A stretch of 53,623 nt of DNA, taken from contig JAKAVN010000004.1 of assembly GCA_021827495.1 (NCBI GenBank), positions 1 through 53,623 on the forward strand. Reading direction: 5' to 3'. How positions within the stretch are numbered: the first letter of the stretch is position 1; every line of letters begins with the position of its first letter. Made by a program: the position numbers and the translations under genes. Source of the DNA: Deltaproteobacteria bacterium (GTDB taxonomy: Bacteria; Desulfobacterota; Binatia; Binatales; Binataceae). Below, one piece after another: positions 17,029-26,430 of this stretch. The notes under the pieces are model-generated. The model was not told the origin of the DNA and did no database searches. It saw only the letters and a list, made by a program, of their open reading frames with translations.

Positions 17029-17562
17029 ATGCCGCAGTGGCGTCTGATCCGGACCAAGTCAGGCAAGGAAAGGATGGTCGGAGAACAATTGGCCCTGAGC
17101 CTGCCGGAGGTGCTTCTGCCGCTGCTCAGGACCACGGTGCGCCGCTGGGGCAGGCCCGCCAAGACCGTGGCGCCGCTTTTCCCCTGCTATGTGTTTGCGC
17201 GTTTCGACCTCGGACCCGAATACGCCAGGGTCAGGTACAGCTCCGGAGTGCGCGAGCTGGTGCGCGCAGGTAATGAGCCCCTCGTGGTGCCGGAAGAAAT
17301 CATCGCGAAACTCAAACAGCGATGCGCCGCGGGCCCGGTCGAGCTTCCCGCGGTTACGCTGAAAAGTGGCGACTGCGTGCGGATCGTCGAAGGTCCCTTG
17401 AGGGGCCTCGAAGCGGTCTTTGAGCGCTACCTGTCGAGCGTTGAGCGGGTGGCGCTTCTAATGTCTTCGCTCGAGAAATTCACTCCGCGGGTCGTGCTGC
17501 GCGCGGAGGCCGTGGAACGGCTGTACCAGCCTCGAGAAAGCTTCCCGGTGGTTAGGTGGTAA
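17029..17562 (+). CDS. rfaH: NusG-paralog transcription antiterminator (RfaH/UpxY type)
   Basis: NGN domain (WRLIRTKSGKE, PLFPCYVFARF, VRYSSGV, PLVVPEEII) plus KOW (GDCVRIVEGPLRGLEAVF, ERVALLM). Heads a polysaccharide operon and an ops element follows. Confidence 0.85.
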   Translation: MPQWRLIRTKSGKERMVGEQLALSLPEVLLPLLRTTVRRWGRPAKTVAPLFPCYVFARFDLGPEYARVRYSSGVRELVRAGNEPLVVPEEIIAKLKQRCAAGPVELPAVTLKSGDCVRIVEGPLRGLEAVFERYLSSVERVALLMSSLEKFTPRVVLRAEAVERLYQPRESFPVVRW

Positions 17563-17612
17563 GGGGGGTTGGCGTGCAGTTGTAACCATGGATATCGGAG
17601 CAGTGATCTACA

Positions 17613-17680
17613 CGGCCCAAAGTGGCTATACGGCCAAGACTGGCTAAAGGACCAAGGCTGGCTAAACGAACGAGGCTAAC
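17613..17680. repeat. Degenerate 18-bp tandem repeat in the operon leader
   Basis: cggcccaaagtggctata / cggccaagactggctaaa / ggaccaaggctggctaaa, then a partial cgaacgaggctaac. Confidence 0.7.
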
Positions 17681-17874
17681 AAAAGGGCGAAGTATATAAA
17701 CCGGCCGAATATGCAGGCTGGCGATTGTTATTATAGCCGCTGGCTACTTTCATCGTGGGCCTCGAGCATGAGAGTGGACGCTGCTGAGTAAAGTGTGTGG
17801 CCGCGCTGGGATCGCGCAGGCGGTGTGTGTTCATAGGGACGAACGGTCGGGTTAGTCACACAAGATGTGGCGAG

Positions 17875-17886
17875 GGCGGTAGCTTG
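17875..17886 (+). promoter_or_regulatory. ops element (RfaH recruitment and pause site)
   Basis: GGCGGTAGCTTG is an exact match to GGCGGTAGnnTG. It is on the non-template strand, 82 nt before the first structural gene, and preceded by the hairpin gtcaca-caaga-tgtggc (17855-17871), as in JUMPstart elements. Confidence 0.8.
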
Positions 17887-17967
17887 AGCAAAATCAGGCG
17901 CCGCAAGCTAATCCGCAGGGCCTAAAGAGATCCGAGGAAACGACGAGCAGGAAATAGGAGAGGAGCC

Positions 17968-18486
17968 ATGAAAAAGTACGGTATCTGGGCGAGTGTTGTC
18001 ACGGTCATGCTGTTGGTTGCCTGGCCGGCGCTTGCGGCCAACGTCTCCGGCGTGGTCACCGACGCTGCGGGAAAGCCGGCCGCGGGAATCAAGGTGATGG
18101 CGCAGTCCACTGCGGGCAAGACCATACAGAGCGCGGTCTGCGGAACGCACGGCGAGTATGAGCTCACGGGCCTGCCAAGCGCGGATTATCACTTTGCGCT
18201 CGACCCCGGCAGCGCCGGATTCAAAAAGGGCGAGCCGGTCGGCGCCTTCGTGCCCGAAAAAGGCCTTACCTTGAACTGGGTGGTCTCGGCTTCCACTGAT
18301 CCAATCGCATACGCGCAGCCCGCGCTTGACGCTCAAGTCGCCGCCGGTGACCCCTTTGGCCTGACCATGGGCGAATTTATCGGGGTCTCGGCGCTGGCGA
18401 TGGCAGGCGCGGGGGGCGTCGCCGTCGGTGCGTATGGCGCGGCGGGCGGTTTCGGCGGCGGTCAGACGGCCAGCCCCTCGAAATGA
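17968..18486 (+). CDS. Secreted carboxypeptidase-regulatory-like (prealbumin-fold) domain protein with Gly/Ala-rich C-terminal membrane segment
   Basis: SD aggag; signal peptide ending PALA; VSGVVTDAAGKPAAGIKV...THGEYELTGLPSADY pattern; hydrophobic tail FIGVSALAMAGAGGVAVGAYGAAGG followed by GGGQTASPSK. Confidence 0.75.
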   Translation: MKKYGIWASVVTVMLLVAWPALAANVSGVVTDAAGKPAAGIKVMAQSTAGKTIQSAVCGTHGEYELTGLPSADYHFALDPGSAGFKKGEPVGAFVPEKGLTLNWVVSASTDPIAYAQPALDAQVAAGDPFGLTMGEFIGVSALAMAGAGGVAVGAYGAAGGFGGGQTASPSK

Positions 18487-18573
18487 GCGCGTCCTGCGCC
18501 GGTCGCTGGACTGCGAGGGCGTACGTTGGGGCGGCCGGTTGGGAGAGCGAATGCCAGGCCGTGAGGTTGTGCC

Positions 18574-19833
18574 ATGAGTGAATGGCGGATAGGCAATCGG
18601 ATACGGCGGCGATGCGCTGAATTCATCGCTGGCGAGCTGGCGATCGCGCTCGCCCTGAGCGTAGCGTCATGCGCCACACGCCAGACTCCTGCTGCCGGGG
18701 CCGGGGCGCAGGAGGCCCGGTCCGAAACGTTCGCGCGGCCTTCCGCCGCTTCGCAGGCGGCGCCGCCGTTTGACGCTTCGGACAGCTCGCGGCTCAAGGC
18801 GCTCTGGCAGGAACGGACCAGCGATAGCTTCGGGTCGGATTTCTCACTCGGTCCCGGCGACGTCTTGGAAATCTCGGTTCCGCTCGAGGAACTCGAGCAT
18901 CGCGAGGTCCGCGTCTCGCCGCGCGACACCATCACCCTGCCACTGGTTGGTGTGATGCAGGTCAAGGGTCTGACCGAAGAGGGTTTGACCGACGCCTTGC
19001 GTGAGCGCCTTTCCAGGTACATGTACGATCCGCCGGTTTCCCTCTTCGTCAAGCATTACGGCAGCAGACAGGTCGCCGTGGTTGGCGCGGTCGACAAACC
19101 GGGGCTTTACACGTTGACCAGCGGGTCGGACACGCTGATGGAGATGATCAGCAAGGCCGGCGGGACCACCAAGGACTCGGCTACCAACGTCATTTTCGTG
19201 CCCGCGGAGAAAAATCGCGTGGGGCTGCAGAGCGCCAATCTCATCGGCGTGGCGCAGTCATCTTTCACCGATGCGCCCGGTAGCTCCGCCCGCTTCGCTG
19301 GCCGTGATAGTCAAGCCGAGGTTGGCAGGGTCGGGCCGGTTCTCGCCGGCGCCGCCGAGCCGCCCGCGCTGCAGCATGGCCGCTTGCCAGGCTTGTCCGC
19401 CGCGGCGGTCGCCAAGCTCCATCCAATCGTCATCAGCATGAGCGACCGCGGCGCGCAGGCCTATCTCGAGATGCCGGCGCGGCCGGGCGACGTTCTGCTG
19501 ATTCCCGCGGCCGGCGAAGTCACCGTCGGGGGCTGGGTACAAACCCCAGGGGCCTACAAGGTTACGCCGGGGATGACGGCGCTGAGCGCGATCTCGGCCG
19601 CGGGTGGCGCGATGTTCAGTTCCGCGGCCGAAGTCCTGCGCACCGGGGCAAGCGGCGAGCGTCTCAGTATCCCGGTCGATATTTCCAAGGTGCAGAGCGG
19701 CGAACAGAGTGATGTCGCGATGCAATCGGGGGACGTGGTGATGGTGGACCAGTCGGCGGCCGGGGTGATTCCCTATGCCGCGTACGAAGTCTTTTCGAAA
19801 TTCGGATCGGGCCTGATGTTTCCAATACCCTGA
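18574..19833 (+). CDS. wza: Polysaccharide export outer-membrane lipoprotein (Wza/OPX; Poly_export + SLBB)
   Basis: Lipobox VASC; FSLGPGDVLEISV; ITLPLVGVMQVKGLT; VAVVGAVDKPG; VGGWVQTPGAY SLBB repeats. Confidence 0.9.
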   Translation: MSEWRIGNRIRRRCAEFIAGELAIALALSVASCATRQTPAAGAGAQEARSETFARPSAASQAAPPFDASDSSRLKALWQERTSDSFGSDFSLGPGDVLEISVPLEELEHREVRVSPRDTITLPLVGVMQVKGLTEEGLTDALRERLSRYMYDPPVSLFVKHYGSRQVAVVGAVDKPGLYTLTSGSDTLMEMISKAGGTTKDSATNVIFVPAEKNRVGLQSANLIGVAQSSFTDAPGSSARFAGRDSQAEVGRVGPVLAGAAEPPALQHGRLPGLSAAAVAKLHPIVISMSDRGAQAYLEMPARPGDVLLIPAAGEVTVGGWVQTPGAYKVTPGMTALSAISAAGGAMFSSAAEVLRTGASGERLSIPVDISKVQSGEQSDVAMQSGDVVMVDQSAAGVIPYAAYEVFSKFGSGLMFPIP

Positions 19834-19860
19834 GATCGCGGAAGGCGTAGGAGCCAAGCA

Positions 19861-22236
19861 TTGCCTGAACTATCTCCATATTTCATCGAGCGGCTGCGCG
19901 TGCAGGACGGCGTCGCGATGAGTCGCGGCCCGGCGACCATGGCGGCGGACGATCAGCCAGCGCTGCGCGAATACTGGCAAATCATCCGCCGGCATCTGAC
20001 GCTGATTATCACCATCGTGGCCTGTACGCTGCTGGTCTCAGGAGTGGCGGTATTTGTCATCACGCCGGCCTACACGGCTAGCGCGGTGATTCTTATCGAG
20101 CCGCAGGCTCCACAGGTGCTCGATATTAAGCAGCTGATGGTCGAGCCGCCGAGCGGACATGAATACGATTTCTACAAGACGCAATTCGCGCTCCTGCAAA
20201 GCCGCAGCCTCGCGGCGCAGGTGATCCACGACCTGGGACTGCAGGCCGACCCGCTTTTCGGCGGCGCGAATCAGCCGCAAGGGCTGCTCGCGGCGCTGGG
20301 GTCGCAATTCAGAGTCTGGATCAGCGGACCGCGCTCCGCTGCGACGAGTCCGGGCGCGGCTGATGCGACCGAAAGCCTCGGCATCGGATCGCGAGCCGTG
20401 AATGCCTACCTGCGCCATCTGAGTATTCAGCCTGAATTCGGCACGCGCCTGGTCCGAATCTCCTTCACTACGCCGAATCCAAAACTGTCCGCCGTGGTGG
20501 CCAATGCCCATGCCGCGGCCTATGTTCGCCAGGGCATGGACCTGCGGGCCAGGGCCACCGAGGCTGCCCAGCGCTTCCTCGAAGGCAAGCTGGTGGAACT
20601 CAGTGAGCGGGTCGAGAAGTCGGAGGCTGCCCTGAACAGCTACCGCCACGACAAGGGGATCGTGGAGTTCACCACTAATGGCAAGAATGAAATCCTGCTC
20701 AGGCGGTTGGAAGACCTCAACAGCGCGCTGACTCGGGCCGAGACCACAAGGATCAGCCTGGAATCGCAGGCCGATTTGATCGGCAAGGGCGACTATTACT
20801 CGATGCCCGCGGTGGTTGGCAGCCCGATGGTGCAGGCGCTCAAGCCGCAGCTCGCCGCGCTCGAGGCCCAGTACGCGAGCATGTCGAGCCGTTACACACC
20901 GGCCTATGAACCGCTGGCGGCGCTCAAGGCGAAACTCGACGACACCCGTGAGCAGATCAAGCAGACCGTCACCCAGATTGTCACCAGCGTCAAGCTTCGG
21001 TACCAAGCGGCGGCGGCGCGGGAAAACGAGCTTGGCCAGGAAATTGACCATGAGAAGGCGCGCGCACTGGCGCTCAACGATGCGTCGCTGAAAGACGCGA
21101 TCCTCGCGCGCGAGGTCGACACCAACCGGCAATTATACGAGAGCGTGCTGAAGCGTATGAAGGAGATGGGAGTGGCGGCCGCAGTCCGCGCCTCCAACGT
21201 GTCGCTGGTCGATCAGGCCGCTCCGCCCGCTTTTCCCTCCAGTCCCCGCAAAACCCTGCTGATACTGCTGAGCACGTTGCTGGGTTTGGGTGGGGCGCTG
21301 GGTTTGGCCTTTGTGCTGGAATACCTTGACGATACGCTCAAGACGCCCGAAGAGGTTGAACGGCTGCTGCGGCTTCCCAGCCTCGCCTTCGTGCCCGATA
21401 TGCGTGGCGTGCAGAACGGGAACCATCGGGCCCACTTGGAACTCGCCGCGGTCCCGCCGAAGTTGCCCGCAAAGTTGCAGGCGAACGGCACAGCGGCCAA
21501 ATCCGAACGCGATGGAATGCGGCAGCGGACGGCGCTGGCCTCGGCGCGCGAGGCCTATCGCACCATCCGCAGCCAGATTCTGCTTTCGCGCGCCGGCGGT
21601 CCGCCCCGCACCGTTCTCATAACCAGCGCGGTGGCCGAGGAAGGCAAGTCGATCACGGCGGTGAATACGGCGATCACGTTCGCCCAGAAGGGCCGGCGGG
21701 TGGTTCTGATCGACGCCGATCTGCGCCGGGCGCGATGCCACGAGCTGCTCAGGTGCGACAGCCGCCAGGGGCTGTCGGAAGTCCTCACCGGCGAGGCGGC
21801 GCTGGATGATGCGGTAATCGAGACCGGGGTCAGCAACCTCTTTCTGCTCAGCGCCGGCGCCGTCCCGCCGGATCCCCCGGAGCTGCTGGGTTCCACCAGG
21901 ATGGACGAGGTTCTCGCCGAACTTGGGAGCCGCTTTCAGCACATCATAATAGATTCCGCCCCGGTAATGCCGATCAGCGACTCGATAGTGCTCTCGCGGC
22001 ACGTCGATGGGGTGGTCGTCGTCGTAGGCCGGACGACCCCGAAGCAACTCGTAAGGCGTGCATGCATGCGTATCGGCGATGCCGGGGCAAAACTCCTGGG
22101 AGTAGTGCTGAATCAGGTCAGTGCGCATCACGCAAGTTACAACCCCTACGGCAGCTACTACTATTACCATGATCGGGATTCAGCCTCCCGTGGCGCCGAT
22201 GGCGCCGATAATCAAGCCAAAATAGTCTTCAACTGA
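19861..22236 (+). CDS. wzc: Polysaccharide co-polymerase / tyrosine autokinase (Wzc/GumC)
   Basis: Two TM segments flanking a coiled-coil domain; AREAYRTIRS; Walker A AEEGKS; IDADLRR; IIIDSAPV; C-terminal Tyr cluster YNPYGSYYYYH. Confidence 0.93.
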   Translation: MPELSPYFIERLRVQDGVAMSRGPATMAADDQPALREYWQIIRRHLTLIITIVACTLLVSGVAVFVITPAYTASAVILIEPQAPQVLDIKQLMVEPPSGHEYDFYKTQFALLQSRSLAAQVIHDLGLQADPLFGGANQPQGLLAALGSQFRVWISGPRSAATSPGAADATESLGIGSRAVNAYLRHLSIQPEFGTRLVRISFTTPNPKLSAVVANAHAAAYVRQGMDLRARATEAAQRFLEGKLVELSERVEKSEAALNSYRHDKGIVEFTTNGKNEILLRRLEDLNSALTRAETTRISLESQADLIGKGDYYSMPAVVGSPMVQALKPQLAALEAQYASMSSRYTPAYEPLAALKAKLDDTREQIKQTVTQIVTSVKLRYQAAAARENELGQEIDHEKARALALNDASLKDAILAREVDTNRQLYESVLKRMKEMGVAAAVRASNVSLVDQAAPPAFPSSPRKTLLILLSTLLGLGGALGLAFVLEYLDDTLKTPEEVERLLRLPSLAFVPDMRGVQNGNHRAHLELAAVPPKLPAKLQANGTAAKSERDGMRQRTALASAREAYRTIRSQILLSRAGGPPRTVLITSAVAEEGKSITAVNTAITFAQKGRRVVLIDADLRRARCHELLRCDSRQGLSEVLTGEAALDDAVIETGVSNLFLLSAGAVPPDPPELLGSTRMDEVLAELGSRFQHIIIDSAPVMPISDSIVLSRHVDGVVVVVGRTTPKQLVRRACMRIGDAGAKLLGVVLNQVSAHHASYNPYGSYYYYHDRDSASRGADGADNQAKIVFN

Positions 22237-22283
22237 ACCCTCCCTTGTTATCCGGCTTGGAGTAGCAACTCAAGCAGCAATTA

Positions 22284-25094
22284 GTGAAGCGGTCGGCGAA
22301 AACTGCAACTTTCCTGCGGTGGGCGATTGTCTTGCTCGTAGTCCTGGCTCCGCTACCCGAGGGGTCGGCATATCCGTGGGCGCTGCCGCTCATCGAGGTG
22401 CTGGTGTTTGGGCTGGTCGCCGTCGGGGTATTAGCGGTCGCGCTTGGAAATGAACGGCCGGCGCTGTTGTCGCGTGGCCGTCCCTTGGCCCTTCCCGTGC
22501 TTTTGTTTGTGGCCCTGGTGATGCTGCAAATCGCTCCGCTCCCACCGCGCCTCCTCAGGATCGTTTCGCCTGCCACCCACCGGCTCTATGAGTTGAGCCT
22601 GCCCGGATGGCCGCGCGAGCATTCCGGCCAAGTTCTGACGGTACACGCCGCGCAAAGGGAACTGCCGCAATGGAGGGTTCTGCCGACGGCGGATGAGATT
22701 GCCGGCGGGGCGCAGATGCCTTTTGCGCCCAGCAGCGGGCGGACGACGGCCGGGGGCTCGGTGCGGCGTGTTGCAAACGGCGCACCGGCCTCGATGCGGT
22801 GGCGTCAGCTTTCGATCGCTCCGTCGATGAGTAAGCGAGTACTGCTTGAACTCGTTGCCTATGCTGGGCTGTTCTTCCTGATACTCCTTTATCCATTTGG
22901 ATCCGCTGGTATTGGAACGGAAAGACGCGTTTACCGATCTATCGTGATGGCCGTGCTGCTGGGCGGCCTGATTGTCGCCGTCGTAGGTATAATTGAGTTC
23001 TTCACATGGAACGGCAAAATTCTGTGGTTGTTCGTCCCCTATGATTGGGGAGCGCCGGCGCCGGGCGCGCTGTCCCGTGCGGTCGGCCCCTTCGTCAATC
23101 CCGACCATTTCGGTGATTATCTGGCGCTGGTTCTGCCGCTCGCGGTTGGCGAAGCGCTGTTTCGTTCGGACTTGTTTTCCAGGCAACGCGCCTTTCGCGT
23201 CTTCTGTGCCGTTACGTCTTTTCTGATCTTGTGTGCTCTGCTGCTCAGTCTCTCGCGCGCAGCCTGGATTGGCGCCGCGATCGCGCTGGCCCTGCTGTTT
23301 GCGCTATCGGCGCGAATGCCGCAAACCGCGCGGCCGCGCCTCCTGAGCTTTGAGCATGGAACGCTGCCGCGCCGCGCGGGCGTGCTGGCCTTCGCGGTGA
23401 TCGCGCTTTCTCTGCTCTTTATTGGCCCGGAGGGCCGCAGGCAGGTCGACCTGCGCTTGCAGCAGACAGTGTCCAACGACACCGGGTTCGGCGGCCGGTT
23501 CGAACTTGCCGCGGACACACTCGCGATGGCGCGAGACTATCCCGCCTTTGGGGTTGGTCTTGGTTGCTGGCCGGAGTTGTTCCCGCACTACCGCCGTCCG
23601 CCCTGGAGCGCGGTGATGTACCGCGAGGTCCATAACGATTACGCGCAGCTCTTGGCCGAGACGGGTATTGTTGGCTTCGCGCTGGCCGCCTGGTTCTTCG
23701 TTGCGATAGGGCGCCGTCTCTACCGCGCGCTTGCGCAGCGCGCCACGCCGGTTTCTCCCACCCTCGCCGCAGTATGCGCGGCCCTCGCGGTAGTGGCGTT
23801 TCACGAATTTTTCGACTTTAGCCTGCATACCCCGGCCAACGCTGTGCTCTTCACCGTGTTGCTGGCACTGGCGCTTCGGATGGCAGGTGGGCCGAGCCAG
23901 GATCGCCGGAGCTCTTTCTCGGCTGGTCCGGGACTCCGTATGGTGAGCGCCGGCTGCGTTGCGGCCCTTGCCGTAACGCTAATCGTCTTCGCCTTGCGGC
24001 AGGAAAAAATTCCCTACCCCCACAATATCAACCCGCCGGACTCGGCGGCCGGCGCGCAAGCCCTGATCTACGCCCATCCGGCAGAGTCCGCGCCACATCG
24101 GGACCTGGTCCAACTTGGCGCCAAGCAACTCTCCACTCGGCAGCGTGTCAAGGAACTGCGCGCCGCGGTCTGGCTTGATCCGACGAACCCCTACGCCCGC
24201 GACGCCTATGTGCGGGCGCTCCTTCGACAAGGGATGACCGCGCAGGCGCTCAATGACCTCACCCGATCCGTCCTCGCGTCGCCCTCGCTCTCGACGCACG
24301 CTTATCTGAGCGGCCGGCTGATCCCCTGGCTATCCGCCGCGGAGAAGCAAGCGGTTGAAAAGGGCTTCAAGCAGGCGGTCGCACGCCGGTACGACGGTGC
24401 GGTGCAAGGCCTCGCAGCTTTCTATGTCGCGCTCGGCCGCTTTGCCGACGCCGGAGACCTCTATCGTCGAGCGGCTGGAGACCAACGCGATTCCGACCTC
24501 CGCGAGCAGTATCTGGTTGGCGCCGGCGTTTCATACGCGCAGTCGGGAGATTTGGAAAACGCCCGAAAATGTTTTGACTGGGCGATCCGCAATGATCCGG
24601 CCGACGTTCGCCCCTATCAGTATCTGGCGACAATGGTTTTTGGGCCGCGGCACGAGCTCACGGCCGCGCGCAATATGGTCGCCCAGGGCGTCCGCGCGGG
24701 CGCGGACGGTTCGGCGCTATACGAGGCGCTTGCGCAGGCGGCCCAAAGCGACGGCGACGCGCAGATCACGGAGAGCGCGCTGCGCGACGCGGTCAACGCA
24801 CAGCCAACCTTCACGGCGCTCTTTCGTTTGGGAATGTTTTACCTGGGCGAGAGGAAATACGATCGCGCGGCGCTGACGATACGCCGCGCGGCCGAGGCCG
24901 ACCCGCGCTCGGCCGAGGCCTATTTCTATCTGGGCGTGGCCGAGGAAAGCGGCTACCGATTCTCCGCGGCGGAAAGGGATTTTGCGTGGGCCGTGCGGCT
25001 GGCGCCCACCAACGCTGGTTACCGGGCCCATTACCTCGACTTCGAGCACAGGGTTGCGCAAAGCATCAGGAATTCTCCGCCTTTGAACGAGTAG
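22284..25094 (+). CDS. O-antigen ligase (Wzy_C) family membrane protein with C-terminal TPR domain
   Basis: About 12-13 TM segments; GPFVNPDHFGDYL; LLSLSRAAW; FGVGLGCW; EVHNDYAQLLAETGIVG; DFSLHTPAN; TPR-like helical repeats in the last ~300 aa. Confidence 0.85.
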   Translation: MKRSAKTATFLRWAIVLLVVLAPLPEGSAYPWALPLIEVLVFGLVAVGVLAVALGNERPALLSRGRPLALPVLLFVALVMLQIAPLPPRLLRIVSPATHRLYELSLPGWPREHSGQVLTVHAAQRELPQWRVLPTADEIAGGAQMPFAPSSGRTTAGGSVRRVANGAPASMRWRQLSIAPSMSKRVLLELVAYAGLFFLILLYPFGSAGIGTERRVYRSIVMAVLLGGLIVAVVGIIEFFTWNGKILWLFVPYDWGAPAPGALSRAVGPFVNPDHFGDYLALVLPLAVGEALFRSDLFSRQRAFRVFCAVTSFLILCALLLSLSRAAWIGAAIALALLFALSARMPQTARPRLLSFEHGTLPRRAGVLAFAVIALSLLFIGPEGRRQVDLRLQQTVSNDTGFGGRFELAADTLAMARDYPAFGVGLGCWPELFPHYRRPPWSAVMYREVHNDYAQLLAETGIVGFALAAWFFVAIGRRLYRALAQRATPVSPTLAAVCAALAVVAFHEFFDFSLHTPANAVLFTVLLALALRMAGGPSQDRRSSFSAGPGLRMVSAGCVAALAVTLIVFALRQEKIPYPHNINPPDSAAGAQALIYAHPAESAPHRDLVQLGAKQLSTRQRVKELRAAVWLDPTNPYARDAYVRALLRQGMTAQALNDLTRSVLASPSLSTHAYLSGRLIPWLSAAEKQAVEKGFKQAVARRYDGAVQGLAAFYVALGRFADAGDLYRRAAGDQRDSDLREQYLVGAGVSYAQSGDLENARKCFDWAIRNDPADVRPYQYLATMVFGPRHELTAARNMVAQGVRAGADGSALYEALAQAAQSDGDAQITESALRDAVNAQPTFTALFRLGMFYLGERKYDRAALTIRRAAEADPRSAEAYFYLGVAEESGYRFSAAERDFAWAVRLAPTNAGYRAHYLDFEHRVAQSIRNSPPLNE

Positions 25095-25150
25095 CTCGCT
25101 GAATTTGCCCGCCACGGTTTGGCCGCTTCCTCAAATCAAGTTCGTCTCGA

Positions 25151-26413
25151 ATGCGTATTCTGCACCTTGGCATTAACTATTGGCCGGATGAAACCGGAAT
25201 CGCGCCATTTGCCACGGGTCGATGTGAGTATCTCGCGGCCCAGGGACACGAGGTGGTAGCCTGCACCGGGTTCCCGTTTTACCCCCAATGGCGCGTGCCC
25301 GGCCAATACCGCGGCCGCCTGTTCTCGCGCGATCAACACGAGAGCGTCCGCATTCTCCGTTCGTGGATGTACGTTCCGCGCAGCCTCACGCCGCTCAGGC
25401 GGATCATCCACGAGAGTTCCTTCGTCTGTTCATCGCTGCTGCGCGCGCTCGGCAGTGCTCGGCCCGACCTTCTGTTCGTGACCTCGCCGCCGCTCGGGCT
25501 CGCCGCCAGCGCGATCGCACTCAGCACCCTGTGGCGCGTGCCCTACGTATTGCATGTTGCCGACCTTCAGCCTGACACGGCCGTGGATTTGAAGATGCTG
25601 CGCCGGGAACCGGTGATTCGAGCGCTCTATCGCCTGGAGGCCGCCGCCTACCGTAACGCCGCGCTGGTTTCGACGCTTACCGAGGCGATGCGCCGGCGGA
25701 TCATCGCCAAGGGAGTGCCGCCCGGGAAAGTGGCGCTCTTTTCCGATTGGGTGGACCCGCAGCTTTTCTCTATCGGCTTGCCCGAGAAGACCCGCCGAGT
25801 TGCTCCGGACTCGCCCTTCATCGTTGCCCATTTCGGGAACATGGGGGTCAAGCAGGGTCTTGAAGTCGTGCTCGAGGCCGCCAATCTTTCGCGTGGCGGT
25901 CCGGGAATAAGCTATCTGCTGGTCGGCGACGGTGCGGCGCGGCCCTTTTTGGAAGCGCGGGCGCGCGCACTCAACCTGCCAAATCTTCGCTTGCTTCCGC
26001 TTCAGCCCCGCGCGCGCTTTCTCGAGCTGCTGGCGCAATCGGACGTCTGCCTGGTCACGCAGCAGCGCAGCGTCGCCGACATCGTATTTCCTTCCAAGGT
26101 GATCACGCTGCTCGCGGCGGGCCGTGCGGTGATCGGCTCGCTCAGTCCGGGGAGCGAAGTCGCCCGGGTATTGAGCGAGTCCGGCGCCGGTATCACGGTC
26201 GCGCCCGAAGACCCGCGCGCGCTGGCCGATGCCGTCATGCGGCTGAGCACTGATCCGTCGCTGCTGGTGCAAAGAGGACGCGCGGGGAGGGCCTACGCCC
26301 TTGATCGGTGGGAACGCGAGGCTGTCCTGAAAGCGACGGAGCAGAAACTGGCGGGCGTCTTCGACCGCAAGCTGGCGCCGGCCGGCGTCTCCGGCGCGGC
26401 CGACGTTGACTAA
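25151..26413 (+). CDS. Glycosyltransferase family 4 (WcaI-like)
   Basis: MRILHLGINYWPDETGIAPF, VACTGFPFYPQW, HFGNMGVKQGL and FPSKVITLLAAGRAVI motifs. Confidence 0.9.
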   Translation: MRILHLGINYWPDETGIAPFATGRCEYLAAQGHEVVACTGFPFYPQWRVPGQYRGRLFSRDQHESVRILRSWMYVPRSLTPLRRIIHESSFVCSSLLRALGSARPDLLFVTSPPLGLAASAIALSTLWRVPYVLHVADLQPDTAVDLKMLRREPVIRALYRLEAAAYRNAALVSTLTEAMRRRIIAKGVPPGKVALFSDWVDPQLFSIGLPEKTRRVAPDSPFIVAHFGNMGVKQGLEVVLEAANLSRGGPGISYLLVGDGAARPFLEARARALNLPNLRLLPLQPRARFLELLAQSDVCLVTQQRSVADIVFPSKVITLLAAGRAVIGSLSPGSEVARVLSESGAGITVAPEDPRALADAVMRLSTDPSLLVQRGRAGRAYALDRWEREAVLKATEQKLAGVFDRKLAPAGVSGAADVD

Positions 26414-26430
26414 ATGAAAAGGAGCCATTC

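Noticed and set aside
17569-17584. Sigma54-like TGGCGTGCAGTTGT after rfaH, and TGGCGCTGCGTTTTGC at 16784
   Set aside because: GG-to-GC spacing is off by one (and the first has GT instead of GC). Sigma54 does not tolerate this.
17613-17680. Leader repeats considered as a CRISPR mini-array
   Set aside because: Units are contiguous 18-mers with no unique spacers, and no cas genes are present.
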